Shown one piece after another: positions 7,790 through 16,447 of a DNA stretch of 64,000 nucleotides; the first letter of the stretch is position 1, and every line of letters starts with the position of its first letter. Below the pieces are notes generated by a model. That model worked only from the letters and a program-made list of their open reading frames with translations, had not been told where the DNA came from and ran no database searches. The DNA lies in the sequence record PZ534511.1, one strand, 5' to 3'. This DNA is from a phage. Both the position numbers and the translations under genes were made by a program.

Positions 7790-7880
7790 AGCCGGGGCAG
7801 CAGGGGCCGGGAGACAATCACCGGGCCTGCCCGTTATTCTGCAAACGAGAATAATTATCATTCAAAATTCTAAATAAGAA
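7790..7880 (+). ncRNA. candidate small structured RNA, unit B (paralogue of unit A)
   Basis: Preceded by TTGCCT..TATAAT promoter-like sequence (7755-7785, 19 bp spacer, weaker); stem GGGCAG..CTGCCC enclosing GGCCGGG/CCGGGCC with loop AGACAATCA. Confidence 0.3.
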
Positions 7881-7945
7881 TCCCTCGCATTTAATAAATT
7901 TAATTAGCATGCTAATTACCCTCCGTAACAATTTCCTATAAAACA

Positions 7946-8160
7946 GTGCCCCATAAAATATTCCCATATAGAAATTTTAAAAATCCATTTCTGAAAACGA
8001 AAAATAGATTTCGTCCCCAAAAATTTCAGGTCGAGATCCGGAACGATTTCCAGAAAATCCGATTCAGAAAACGAAAAACAGATCGAGTACTGAGAAATTT
8101 ATCGAGAAAAATTTTCAGAAAATCCAAGCCCTGGAATGAAAAGTAGATCGAGTACCTGGA
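7946..8160. repeat. AT-rich iteron-like direct repeats (GAAAACGAAAAAYAGAT, AGATCGAGTAC x2, CAGAAAATCC x2, AAATCCATTT)
   Basis: Short imperfect direct repeats read directly; the only large noncoding stretch in the window (about 7.87-8.46 kb). Confidence 0.5.
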
Positions 8161-8467
8161 AAGCTGCACCGCAACTTCAAGATAGTGGTTAGATTGTTAC
8201 CATAGAAGGTCAAGGGTAAGTGGAGGAAGTTCTAGTAGAGGGAGGTTAGCATGTGTGGGAAATCTATAATGGTGGTCTGGAATATGGTGCAAACGATAGG
8301 ATGAGCTATTCAGCTTGTCGCGCCTACTCTGAAAAATCCATTTTAGTTTTCGATCCATTTTCTGATTTTCTAAGAATTTTAAAATATCCAGCCCGGTGAA
8401 ATATCAAAAGGAGGAAATCCATTTTAGAAATCCCCCTTATACTTGATATGCCAGGAATTTTCAAGTA

Positions 8468-8797
8468 TCAGTTGTCTTTGTTTTTAGGTTTGTACATGCG
8501 CAGAGGTATGGTCTTTGTAACATTCCATTTCCTCAACCCTTCCCAGCTCCAGTTGTGGGCGTGGTATCCGGTTATGCATGCACTACTGGAGTGATCGTAA
8601 GCATAAGAGAACGCTAAGCGCACCAGGTGGGGCCAGTCCTTCCATGGTTGTGGACCGTAAGCTTTTCTCCAACACCGACACAAACTAAATGTCTCAAGAA
8701 TAGGAAGGATAACAAATCCATACACCGCCACCAGAATAGCCAGCGCAATGATTGTCAGGAATACATACCCTGCAGTTGAAATGATGATCTCTGTCAT
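8468..8797 (-). CDS. hypothetical membrane protein
   Basis: Track ORF 109 aa; N-terminal TM segment IIISTAGYVFLTIIALAILVAVYGFVILPIL. Confidence 0.5.
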   Translation of the reverse strand: MTEIIISTAGYVFLTIIALAILVAVYGFVILPILETFSLCRCWRKAYGPQPWKDWPHLVRLAFSYAYDHSSSACITGYHAHNWSWEGLRKWNVTKTIPLRMYKPKNKDN

Positions 8798-9057
8798 TTG
8801 TCCTCCCCTTTCTTACGAATATAGATGTGAGAGCCTGCCTGTATATAAATTTCTCGACCATCTTCTGCAAAGATATGAAATACACGATCACCTTCGTACT
8901 CGATACGAGATATTTTCATAATGGTCTTTCCACCTGGGATACGGATCTCGTCCCCCACAGCGATGTTCCATGCAGATTTAAGCTTAAACATCTGCACCTT
9001 CCTTTGGGAGCTCGAACTCTGGCATAGCCATATACGCCACAACAGGGTTGTAATCAA
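8794..9057 (-). CDS. hypothetical protein
   Basis: Track ORF; 4 nt overlap with the downstream gene suggests translational coupling. Confidence 0.4.
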   Translation of the reverse strand: MITTLLWRIWLCQSSSSQRKVQMFKLKSAWNIAVGDEIRIPGGKTIMKISRIEYEGDRVFHIFAEDGREIYIQAGSHIYIRKKGEDK

Positions 9058-9229
9058 AGTAGAAATGACCGTTAATTATCCCAGTTTTGTGAGCATAGTC
9101 ACCAGATCCTGCAAGAACAACCTCGCAAACTCCGAAATCAACCTTGCCATTCTCATCTGCCATGGCTACAATATACTTTCCTAGAGGCATGTTTTTAACG
9201 CCGTCTACAAATGTCCACCCTTTGTTCAT
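8984..9229 (-). CDS. hypothetical protein
   Basis: Track ORF 81 aa. Confidence 0.4.
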   Translation of the reverse strand: MNKGWTFVDGVKNMPLGKYIVAMADENGKVDFGVCEVVLAGSGDYAHKTGIINGHFYFDYNPVVAYMAMPEFELPKEGADV

Positions 9230-9250
9230 AACTTTATCTCCTGGACTTTC

Positions 9251-9583
9251 TTAAGGTAACCAGTAAACAATTTCGCCTTTCAGTTCCATGTCGTTACCGA
9301 CATAGATTTTCCAGCCATCCATTTTAGCCACTGCAGGAGTGAAGTCCGAAGAACCACTAACCTCTTTCCAAGTCCCGTAGTCAGGTTGCCAGATATAGAA
9401 TCCACCTTCCTTGTCCCATGCTCCATATACCACATCGAGCAGGTTGCCCATTGCAACAATAGTAGGCCGTGGGAATAATACATCTACAGATGCGCCACAA
9501 TTTCGGGTATCTTTTAAGTTGCAATCCCAAAAGATGTCTGCCAGTGTGGCGGCGATAGCTTTACGTCTTTCCAATGTTACCAT
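9251..9583 (-). CDS. hypothetical protein
   Basis: Track ORF 110 aa. Confidence 0.45.
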   Translation of the reverse strand: MVTLERRKAIAATLADIFWDCNLKDTRNCGASVDVLFPRPTIVAMGNLLDVVYGAWDKEGGFYIWQPDYGTWKEVSGSSDFTPAVAKMDGWKIYVGNDMELKGEIVYWLP

Positions 9584-9593
9584 GGCACGATAC

Positions 9594-9785
9594 TCACTTG
9601 TTGTTAATAAGTTCTAAAACTTTCTGTCTTACTTTGTCAAGGTCTGTGGATTCAAAAACTGCACGATATCCCCAACTTTGCCCATAGGAGTGACTGCAAT
9701 CCCCGTAGCACCATTGCTCAATTTGATAGTATTCAAGGAACGGGTGCTGTCTAACTATGATACCATCCCGGTTAAAAATTACCAT
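9594..9785 (-). CDS. hypothetical small protein
   Basis: Track ORF 63 aa. Confidence 0.35.
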   Translation of the reverse strand: MVIFNRDGIIVRQHPFLEYYQIEQWCYGDCSHSYGQSWGYRAVFESTDLDKVRQKVLELINNK

Positions 9786-9848
9786 AATACATCACCCTCT
9801 GTTAGTTTATGCGTATATTATACACTGCAGTTTTCAGATGTCAACCTC

Positions 9849-10100
9849 TTACAGATTGCTCCAGTACAATCGGCATTTACATTTTGGGCAATGAGGTTCT
9901 TTTATGTAGTAACCGTCAGTCTTTGGAACACTTTTTGGTGCAGTTTTAAGATTGTACCTGGTAAAACATCGGAAGCAGGTTACCTCTCCCACCTGTTGAT
10001 CGTTGATCCACTCACCGGAGTAAAGTTCTTTCTTGTTTCTCATAATTCTCTCCCAAATCCTCTGCAATCTTATACCAAAATCTCCAGCCAGAAAGCACAC
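9849..10100 (-). CDS. hypothetical zinc-ribbon protein
   Basis: Track ORF; paired Cys motifs CFRCF ... CPKCKC. Confidence 0.45.
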   Translation of the reverse strand: MCFLAGDFGIRLQRIWERIMRNKKELYSGEWINDQQVGEVTCFRCFTRYNLKTAPKSVPKTDGYYIKEPHCPKCKCRLYWSNL

Positions 10101-10294
10101 GGGAACACTTTGAGGATTGAATCTTTACTTGGCTCGGAAGTTCTTTTTCCGTATGGTAGGTAGAAATACCCTCCTGCAGATTCGAATATAGCTCCTTCGG
10201 TTGTATCTACCACAGCAAGAATTAAGATTTTAGTCTCCACAGTGCTCTCCTCTCTTAGTTGTCGTGGAAACTATATCACCTCAGAAGATGGTCG

Positions 10295-10834
10295 TCAACA
10301 CTTTTTGTACTCCACCACGACAATATCTATGTCGAAAGTGGCAAGGTTAATAACGTCCTCTACGTGTTCCAACTTCAAACCGCCTATGCCGCACCCGATC
10401 TTAGGGATGTAGAATGGTAAAGTCGATCCGCTGAATACTTCATTGACTAGCTCAAAGCCTTTCAGGATTGAGAAATACTCAGCATTAGGTCCTGGGTAGA
10501 ACTGGGTATATAGATTGATTCCGTAGACAATACCTATCGGAGATAAGTGCTCCCATCGGGAGAACGCACCCAGTTTACTTAGGCAACCGTATCTAGTCTC
10601 TTTGTCGGCTGACAGTGCTTGAGGAAACTCACGGGCAATCTGTTTTGCTATACCCTTGCCCATTGTGTGGAAGCAGTTACAACCGTGGATCAGGTGACCA
10701 GCACCACTCTTAAAAAGGGAGATTAAATCTCCCTCTACAGTATCAATAATCACGGTAAGCCAGCTCCTCTTCCGCAATTTCAAAAAACTCAGTCCAGCAC
10801 TGTGGCATATTGGAGTTACCGAAGTGGCTTTCAT
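10295..10834 (-). CDS. macro-domain protein (ADP-ribose binding/hydrolase fold); probable GTG start near 10747
   Basis: Motif GAGHLIHGCNCFHTMGKGIAKQIAREFP resembles the macro-domain N-terminal Gly-rich signature; AAGAGGAG RBS precedes an in-frame GTG that overlaps the upstream stop (GTGATTATTGA). Confidence 0.55.
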   Translation of the reverse strand: MKATSVTPICHSAGLSFLKLRKRSWLTVIIDTVEGDLISLFKSGAGHLIHGCNCFHTMGKGIAKQIAREFPQALSADKETRYGCLSKLGAFSRWEHLSPIGIVYGINLYTQFYPGPNAEYFSILKGFELVNEVFSGSTLPFYIPKIGCGIGGLKLEHVEDVINLATFDIDIVVVEYKKC

Positions 10835-11168
10835 AGTAAAGGTTCTTACCGCTAGGAAGGTAGAAATCTGTTACCTCATAAAATCCACAATCGTCGCACT
10901 CACCTTCTTCAAACTTGGCCTTAACCTTAATACCGAGGAAGGTGAAAAGTTTATGGACATCTTCAGTTTCGAACTCCCAGGGAATGTTGTTTTCCGCATC
11001 GGTGTAGAACTGGATCAGCAGACCATTGTCCAGTTTACCAAAATACTCTGTGAAGTAACTTCCTTCCCAGAAATCTTTATGACAAATAATATCCATGCGT
11101 TTGCCCATAATAATGGTGTGAGCGTTTTGGGCATCGTCACGAATCAGTTTTGGCATTTCATAGATCAT
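10743..11168 (-). CDS. hypothetical protein
   Basis: Track ORF 141 aa; stop overlaps the proposed macro-domain start. Confidence 0.5.
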   Translation of the reverse strand: MIYEMPKLIRDDAQNAHTIIMGKRMDIICHKDFWEGSYFTEYFGKLDNGLLIQFYTDAENNIPWEFETEDVHKLFTFLGIKVKAKFEEGECDDCGFYEVTDFYLPSGKNLYYESHFGNSNMPQCWTEFFEIAEEELAYRDY

Positions 11169-11236
11169 CTTAGTTCTCCGGGTTCAACAGGTGGTGGTGC
11201 TACAGGAAGATCATAAAACATGGCTATCACAGTCTC

Positions 11237-11434
11237 TTACACAGGAATTGCTTCAAATAGACCGTTATCTATACCGTCCTTCAGATAGAGATTATATTCT
11301 ATGTCGGTATCTGTATAAAGGGCAGCATCCAGCATTCTATCTGTGAGTCCATCCATCGGGTGGAGAAACCACCACCCACGCCAGTCAAAGTAACAGCCTG
11401 GTGCATCTTCTCTTACACGGATTCGATAAATCAT
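11237..11434 (-). CDS. hypothetical small protein
   Basis: Track ORF 65 aa. Confidence 0.35.
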   Translation of the reverse strand: MIYRIRVREDAPGCYFDWRGWWFLHPMDGLTDRMLDAALYTDTDIEYNLYLKDGIDNGLFEAIPV

Positions 11435-11530
11435 GGGCAGTGGCCTCCTGTTAGTTATACATCCCAGTTTTCTTCGTTCATCACGTCCTCCCGTTCTATG
11501 AAGTTATAATTACACACCTTTCAACTTGTG

Positions 11531-11947
11531 TCAACAGAAAACTTCAACAAATTCTTCCACAGTTTTAATGTCGTGGGAAAAAGGTTTACGGCTATAACGG
11601 GCAATAGCACTATCAACCACCGCCCGGTACTCCAAATCTTCAGAATATTTCATGAAGCATTGCAGCGTCTCTGGGCAGATAGCTAAATAGCTCCACCACC
11701 CCTCTTCAGATTGGTAGTCGAATCCCATACTCTCCAACCATGAAGCATATACGCCTGCACCTTCAAGCCAGTGAGTATTTTCATCCAGAAACTTGTTAAT
11801 AGACATGTGAGCTTCTAAGCATTTATCCAGCTCTTTTCCGTTAACCAGCCATGCACTGACTGTGGCGCATCCAAGGTCTACAGATTGAGTTGACAGGTTG
11901 TATTGGTCATAGTTCTCAGGTTTAACAATGATATCTTCTAATGTCAT
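11531..11947 (-). CDS. hypothetical protein
   Basis: Track ORF 138 aa; RBS AAGGAGATCTGAAAA. Confidence 0.5.
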   Translation of the reverse strand: MTLEDIIVKPENYDQYNLSTQSVDLGCATVSAWLVNGKELDKCLEAHMSINKFLDENTHWLEGAGVYASWLESMGFDYQSEEGWWSYLAICPETLQCFMKYSEDLEYRAVVDSAIARYSRKPFSHDIKTVEEFVEVFC

Positions 11948-11961
11948 TTTTCAGATCTCCT

Positions 11962-11995
11962 TATACAAAAATGCCCCACCATTTCGGGCAGGGCT
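11962..11995 (-). terminator. rho-independent terminator (minus strand)
   Basis: Minus-strand hairpin GCCCTGCCCGAAATGGTGGGGC followed by ATTTTTGTAT; G-U wobbles make the stem minus-strand specific. Confidence 0.55.
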
Positions 11996-12009
11996 ATGTT
12001 AACTAGATG

Positions 12010-12588
12010 TTAGAAGTATTCATAGAGGTATCCATCGGGAGCTGGAATTTTTTCATGAATGTAGTAACCAACATATATTCCGGTTTCTCTGCTGCAAGAG
12101 TTGTGGGATACCCACTCTTTAAGAACGTTGCCATTCATGTCCAACCTCCTTACATTTTTGCACCGTCTACCGCTGGTGCTTCTATGTAACAAAATATCCT
12201 CTGTCTGCTTGTCTTTATTTTCTCCCCAGGTCGTTAAACGGATATTATCAAAAGAGTACCCTTTGAAATCATCTATCCTGTCACAAGAAGGCTTTTTCCT
12301 TTTGTCGTATCCGCTGGCTACCCACTGATCATACAACTCTTTGTAACCGTTCAGGTATAGCCACTCCTTAAACTCTTTTTTGGTGTAAGTCGGAGGAGGG
12401 TGACCTCTTTGCTTGCTGTTGCACTTTTGAGTCTTGTACAACACACGTATTACACCTTTTTCTGAAGAGTCTTTAGCAAATTGGTCAGCCTCCCTGCTGG
12501 CCTTCTTACAGCACTCTTTGCACGTTGATTTGTTGCTGGTATAGAAGTCGGAGGCCTCCTTGTCCTCCCCACAACGTTTGCATTTCAT
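12010..12588 (-). CDS. putative homing-endonuclease-like protein (zinc finger plus degenerate HNH-like motif)
   Basis: N-terminal CKRCG..TCKECC; PSCDRIDDFKGYSFDNIRLTTWGEN resembles an HNH core with His replaced; free-standing between replication genes. Confidence 0.4.
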   Translation of the reverse strand: MKCKRCGEDKEASDFYTSNKSTCKECCKKASREADQFAKDSSEKGVIRVLYKTQKCNSKQRGHPPPTYTKKEFKEWLYLNGYKELYDQWVASGYDKRKKPSCDRIDDFKGYSFDNIRLTTWGENKDKQTEDILLHRSTSGRRCKNVRRLDMNGNVLKEWVSHNSCSRETGIYVGYYIHEKIPAPDGYLYEYF

Positions 12589-12596
12589 AACTGACC

Positions 12597-13823
12597 TTAG
12601 AAAGGGATCGAGTCATCGAACTCATACTGCGCCGGATTCTGATCCATCGGGTCATCTTCCTCATCATTTACAGGAGGAGCGTCTATAGTGTTTTGCTGTG
12701 GAGCAGCTTCCTGCTTGGCAGCTTGAGGTTCTTGATGGTCAGTGGACCCAGCACCGTTCTTGATCCAATCGTACAACGGCTCAGCCAGATTAGTCAAGAC
12801 ATCTTTTGCTTCTGCAGTAATTGCCGCTGCAAAATCCTCAACTTTCGTTTTCTTGTCAATACGGCGACAAGCGTTCAACACCGCATTACCGACACTGGCA
12901 CCTACTTCATCTTCGGTTCGGTTGGTGGCTTGAGCATACTCTTTCTTAAGCTCAATGGTGACTACGTGCAGTGTTTTAGCCACACCTAGTGGGTCGTCTA
13001 CCTTAAACCCGCGATCCAGGATGATTTGCAACGCGTTGATGCTATGTCCCGTCTCCACACCAATAGGGTCGTAAGAGGATTTACGCTTGCCACCAGAGCC
13101 TTGAGTGCCGTTCTCTGCCTTAGGGGGATAGGCTTTGAAACCACTGATAATGTTTCCGGTGTCTTTGTCAACAATGGCTGCAACACGACCACCTACCACC
13201 AGGTCTTTAAGCTGCTCATCAGTTACAACCATAGCACCTTCGCCAATCTTGTGGTCATTAACAGTAACCACGTTGCCAACAATCTGAGTCACATCGCCAT
13301 AGATGCGTAAAACGTCCTGATTGGCATTCTGCTGAGGTTTCTGCTTCTGGCCTTGTGATTGTGCACCTTGTTGCTGTTTTTGCTGCTGAGTCGCTGCTGG
13401 AGCCTCTCCTGCACCCAGCTTGACCATCTTAGCCAGTGAGCCTTTGTAATAGGTCTTACCGTTATGCTCGTTTGCCTTCAAAGGGATATTTACGATCCAT
13501 CCCGGCGTTACGGTTTCCCACTTGTCATCAATTTTAACAGAGACAGAGTCTTGATGACCAGGTTTAAGCAGCTTATCACCCATGCTGATCCAAACTTCTT
13601 CACCACCTTGAAGCAGGTTATCAGAGGAATCCAGTTCAGAAATCAGTAAAGAGATGGTGTGGCTGGATTCAATTTTCTTACCTTGCCACACAGTGGTTTT
13701 AATACCTGTTGTAGGATCAGCACCTTTGATAGGCTTGATGCTGACACGTTTAATCATGCCGTGAGCCAGTAAAACAGTTTCACGCGGATTCATCGGGTTA
13801 GCGAATTGTTGAATAACGCTCAT
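12597..13823 (-). CDS. single-stranded DNA-binding protein-like with acidic C-terminal tail
   Basis: C-terminus YEFDDSIPF matches the canonical SSB acidic tail ending in IPF; Gln-rich linker; location in the replication module. Confidence 0.6.
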   Translation of the reverse strand: MSVIQQFANPMNPRETVLLAHGMIKRVSIKPIKGADPTTGIKTTVWQGKKIESSHTISLLISELDSSDNLLQGGEEVWISMGDKLLKPGHQDSVSVKIDDKWETVTPGWIVNIPLKANEHNGKTYYKGSLAKMVKLGAGEAPAATQQQKQQQGAQSQGQKQKPQQNANQDVLRIYGDVTQIVGNVVTVNDHKIGEGAMVVTDEQLKDLVVGGRVAAIVDKDTGNIISGFKAYPPKAENGTQGSGGKRKSSYDPIGVETGHSINALQIILDRGFKVDDPLGVAKTLHVVTIELKKEYAQATNRTEDEVGASVGNAVLNACRRIDKKTKVEDFAAAITAEAKDVLTNLAEPLYDWIKNGAGSTDHQEPQAAKQEAAPQQNTIDAPPVNDEEDDPMDQNPAQYEFDDSIPF

Positions 13824-14188
13824 TATTTGTCTCCTTGTTCTTCGTTAGTGTTTGCCGTATGTGCAAACCCTGCTTGAATTAATTTGTCCTGAACTTGAGC
13901 CAACAGCCCCATTGCAAAACTTGTAGTCCCAGAGAGGGCCATTAGCATATCTCGTTGTTGAGCTACCCAACCTAAGGCATAGTCCAAACGACGATATTTT
14001 TCTTCTTCACGCAGAGCCTGAAATAATTGTTCAGCCTCCGGTTGTTGTGTGAGCTCCTGAAGTCTTCCCATGAAAGAAGAAAGCACTAGCAAAAGAGACA
14101 CTTGATCTTTACTTAACCCTAAGAAAAATTCTTGAGGTTGTTCTTGCTCGTTCATTGCAACCGACGTTTGATCGTTCATTTGTTCCAT
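13823..14188 (-). CDS. hypothetical protein
   Basis: Track ORF 121 aa; start overlaps the stop of the upstream gene. Confidence 0.45.
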   Translation of the reverse strand: MEQMNDQTSVAMNEQEQPQEFFLGLSKDQVSLLLVLSSFMGRLQELTQQPEAEQLFQALREEEKYRRLDYALGWVAQQRDMLMALSGTTSFAMGLLAQVQDKLIQAGFAHTANTNEEQGDK

Positions 14189-14271
14189 TATGGAATCTCC
14201 GATTTTATTTGAACAACATAGAAGGAGACACTATTTTAGCATCCCCTTCTGCAAATTACAATAGGTATTTG

Positions 14272-14517
14272 TTAGCCAATCACTTCAAAAGTTCCCCAAT
14301 TCCCGTCTAGCAGGCAGGTGATCGGATCCCCATCGTCGTCAAAGATTTCAAAGTTTTCAGCATCCAGGATGTGGTCCTCGAACACAATACTCTCGTCGCC
14401 ACCACCAGAAATAACAGCGTATTCCTTACCTTGAGTCAAGTTTTGACACCCTTTGCCACCAAAACCTACTTCCACACAACGTACTTTCTGTCCTGCGCGA
14501 GCAACTGCTTCAGCCAT
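14272..14517 (-). CDS. hypothetical protein
   Basis: Track ORF 81 aa; RBS AGGAGACCTTAAG. Confidence 0.45.
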   Translation of the reverse strand: MAEAVARAGQKVRCVEVGFGGKGCQNLTQGKEYAVISGGGDESIVFEDHILDAENFEIFDDDGDPITCLLDGNWGTFEVIG

Positions 14518-14534
14518 CTTAAGGTCTCCTGATA

Positions 14535-14855
14535 TTAATCGTCAAGTTCAAAATAGATTTTAACAGCTTCATCAAAGATTGGAATCCCGATGTTGTTGAT
14601 AAGCTGCCAAACTACCATATCTTTACCTGGGTCTGGGAGAATGTCAACCTTTCTCCATGCGCTGTATATCCAGTTTGGACCACCTTCTGCACTAACTGGC
14701 AGATTTTCACCAGCCTCCTGCAGATACTTATACAGCAAAAGATATTCTGGATACTCTAGAACACTGTCCTCTGTAGTATATAGCAGTTCACGGTATACTT
14801 TTAAAAACCCTGCTGGGGTGATGTTTTCAGTCTTCATTTGCTGCTTCTCCTGCAT
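14535..14855 (-). CDS. hypothetical protein
   Basis: Track ORF 106 aa. Confidence 0.45.
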   Translation of the reverse strand: MQEKQQMKTENITPAGFLKVYRELLYTTEDSVLEYPEYLLLYKYLQEAGENLPVSAEGGPNWIYSAWRKVDILPDPGKDMVVWQLINNIGIPIFDEAVKIYFELDD

Positions 14856-15219
14856 TCATCAGATCTGCCATAGCGTCACCCACGAAGAGAACAACCACAT
14901 CGTTGACAGCGTCAGCATCATCTTTATTGACGTTGCTGAATTTAGGACACACAGCAATGATCATATAGACACCGTTACCAACCTGAACTGTCCGTGTGGT
15001 GCACATCATGGCGGTATTTGTGCCTTCTTTGAAGGCGAAGCCTTGAAGACGCTCCTCTAAAGTGTTACCGGTAGATTTCAGAAGCGCCAGCTCGTCCAAG
15101 TCATAGATGATATCTCCGGAAGTTAGTGTTGCCTTGCCATCAGACACCATAATAACTCCATCAGCACCGTCAAGCTTAGAGGCTTCAAAGATATCAATAT
15201 CCCAAATATTTTTCATCAC
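14827..15219 (-). CDS. hypothetical protein
   Basis: Track ORF 130 aa. Confidence 0.45.
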   Translation of the reverse strand: MMKNIWDIDIFEASKLDGADGVIMVSDGKATLTSGDIIYDLDELALLKSTGNTLEERLQGFAFKEGTNTAMMCTTRTVQVGNGVYMIIAVCPKFSNVNKDDADAVNDVVVLFVGDAMADLMNAGEAANED

Positions 15220-15536
15220 GCTTCCTCGTCGTCTAAGGAGTTGAAGATTTCACCGAAGTATTCTAAGACTTCTAGCTCCCGTGTGGTGCAGAAAACACAG
15301 TCACCGTTGTCATCCTCGATAACGGCCTCTTTACCCAGCACATCTACTTCAAGTTTATCGTTCAACAGGACGGCCCCTGTGTAAACTTTGTCAGCTGTGC
15401 AGTCCCGAAAAGCGGAGTCCTTCTCCAGATAGTCTGGCTTAACCTTGGCTTTAATTCGTTGATATTGTTTGGTCATTGCTATGGTCTCCTTTTTCTTAGA
15501 TGGGGCCATTATATCTGGCCCCATCTTTCTTGTCAA
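15216..15536 (-). CDS. hypothetical protein, paralogue family A (FRDCT / DxxGDxVxCT motifs)
   Basis: Shares AF[RK]DCT and DD[NE]GD[CS]V[FW]CT motifs with the adjacent 15540..15794 gene. Confidence 0.5.
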   Translation of the reverse strand: MTRKMGPDIMAPSKKKETIAMTKQYQRIKAKVKPDYLEKDSAFRDCTADKVYTGAVLLNDKLEVDVLGKEAVIEDDNGDCVFCTTRELEVLEYFGEIFNSLDDEEA

Positions 15537-15539
15537 GTA

Positions 15540-15794
15540 TTAATGTTCAGGTTTTACAAAAACCACTTCGTTAACGGTGCACCAGACAGAATCTCCTTCA
15601 TCATCTTTAAAGGTAAGGCACTGGGCTGAGTTTTCCAGCTCATCAATCTCTTCTTGTGATAAAGGAGCCCCTTCTTCCAAAAGGGCTTTTACTAAAGGGT
15701 TCTCACAAAACTCTGCTTCATAAATAGCACCAAGCGTGCAATCTTTAAAAGCTCGGTCATTTGCAACGCATGCTGGTTTCAACATGATTTTCAT
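15540..15794 (-). CDS. hypothetical protein, paralogue family A
   Basis: See 15216..15536; tandem paralogue. Confidence 0.5.
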   Translation of the reverse strand: MKIMLKPACVANDRAFKDCTLGAIYEAEFCENPLVKALLEEGAPLSQEEIDELENSAQCLTFKDDEGDSVWCTVNEVVFVKPEH

Positions 15795-15870
15795 TTTAGC
15801 AGTCTCCTCAATTATTTAAAAATCAACTCTCTGTTTGTGTGAAGCATCTTATATCTAATCTTACTTCTTG

Positions 15871-16269
15871 TCAATGACTATTTTCAATCAGCCACACAGG
15901 GTCGAGGTAAATTTGTTGGCGTGTTGCCCAATGACAAACTTCATTGTACGTCTGAACCTCTTTGTCTGTCAATTCACGAATAGGCTCATCTATACCCTCA
16001 TTTTTGTGGTAATCCCATTCTGCGTCTATCTCCCACAGCCATGACTTGTTGTCACCACGCTTACGCACACAGAAGTCACCAGGGCGGCCTGCCAGTGCAT
16101 TTAAGAACTCGTTCTCCACTCGCTCCTGGAGAATACTGAGGAGCAAAACGTTGGAGCATGATCGTAAAATATGCTTCAGCTCACAGTCATCGATCTCAAC
16201 TTCGATACGTTGTTTGACTGTGTGGGTACCTTTTACTAACATTCTACCTCCTCTAAACGAACTCTGCAA
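15871..16269 (-). CDS. hypothetical protein
   Basis: Track ORF 132 aa. Confidence 0.45.
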   Translation of the reverse strand: MQSSFRGGRMLVKGTHTVKQRIEVEIDDCELKHILRSCSNVLLLSILQERVENEFLNALAGRPGDFCVRKRGDNKSWLWEIDAEWDYHKNEGIDEPIRELTDKEVQTYNEVCHWATRQQIYLDPVWLIENSH

Positions 16270-16447
16270 GGGTTGTGTTGTTCACTGCACCACAGTAAAT
16301 GGAGTATCCCAGCCCATTAGAGTGCAGAAACCACGGAGTGCCGAAATTATCTTTCACGTAGACATCGCCGTTGCTTGTAAAGGGCCAATATTCTTCACCA
16401 AGGGTGAAATACCTACTCATACCCTCAGCCAGATACTTTACTTTCAT
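16253..16447 (-). CDS. hypothetical protein, paralogue family B
   Basis: Shares the pattern W[FY][IL]xH..NG.Y.IY...L..FV with 16444..16671 and the C-terminus of 16668..17042. Confidence 0.45.
   Translation of the reverse strand: MKVKYLAEGMSRYFTLGEEYWPFTSNGDVYVKDNFGTPWFLHSNGLGYSIYCGAVNNTTLAEFV

Noticed and set aside
7946-8146. Plus-strand 66 aa ORF (MPHKIFPYRNFKNPF...) from the six-frame track
   Set aside because: Lies entirely within the iteron-like repeat block, has low-complexity Lys/Arg/Phe-rich translation and no RBS; more likely a by-product of the repeats than a gene
7946-8460. Possible CRISPR array in the repeat-rich region
   Set aside because: Repeats are short (10-17 bp), imperfect and irregularly spaced, with no unique spacers of uniform length and no cas genes nearby
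14590-15060. Plus-strand ORFs overlapping minus-strand genes (e.g. 14590..15060, 46481..47083, 47972..48787, 28903..29454)
   Set aside because: Antisense shadow ORFs inside longer, RBS-supported minus-strand genes with recognisable motifs; no independent start signals
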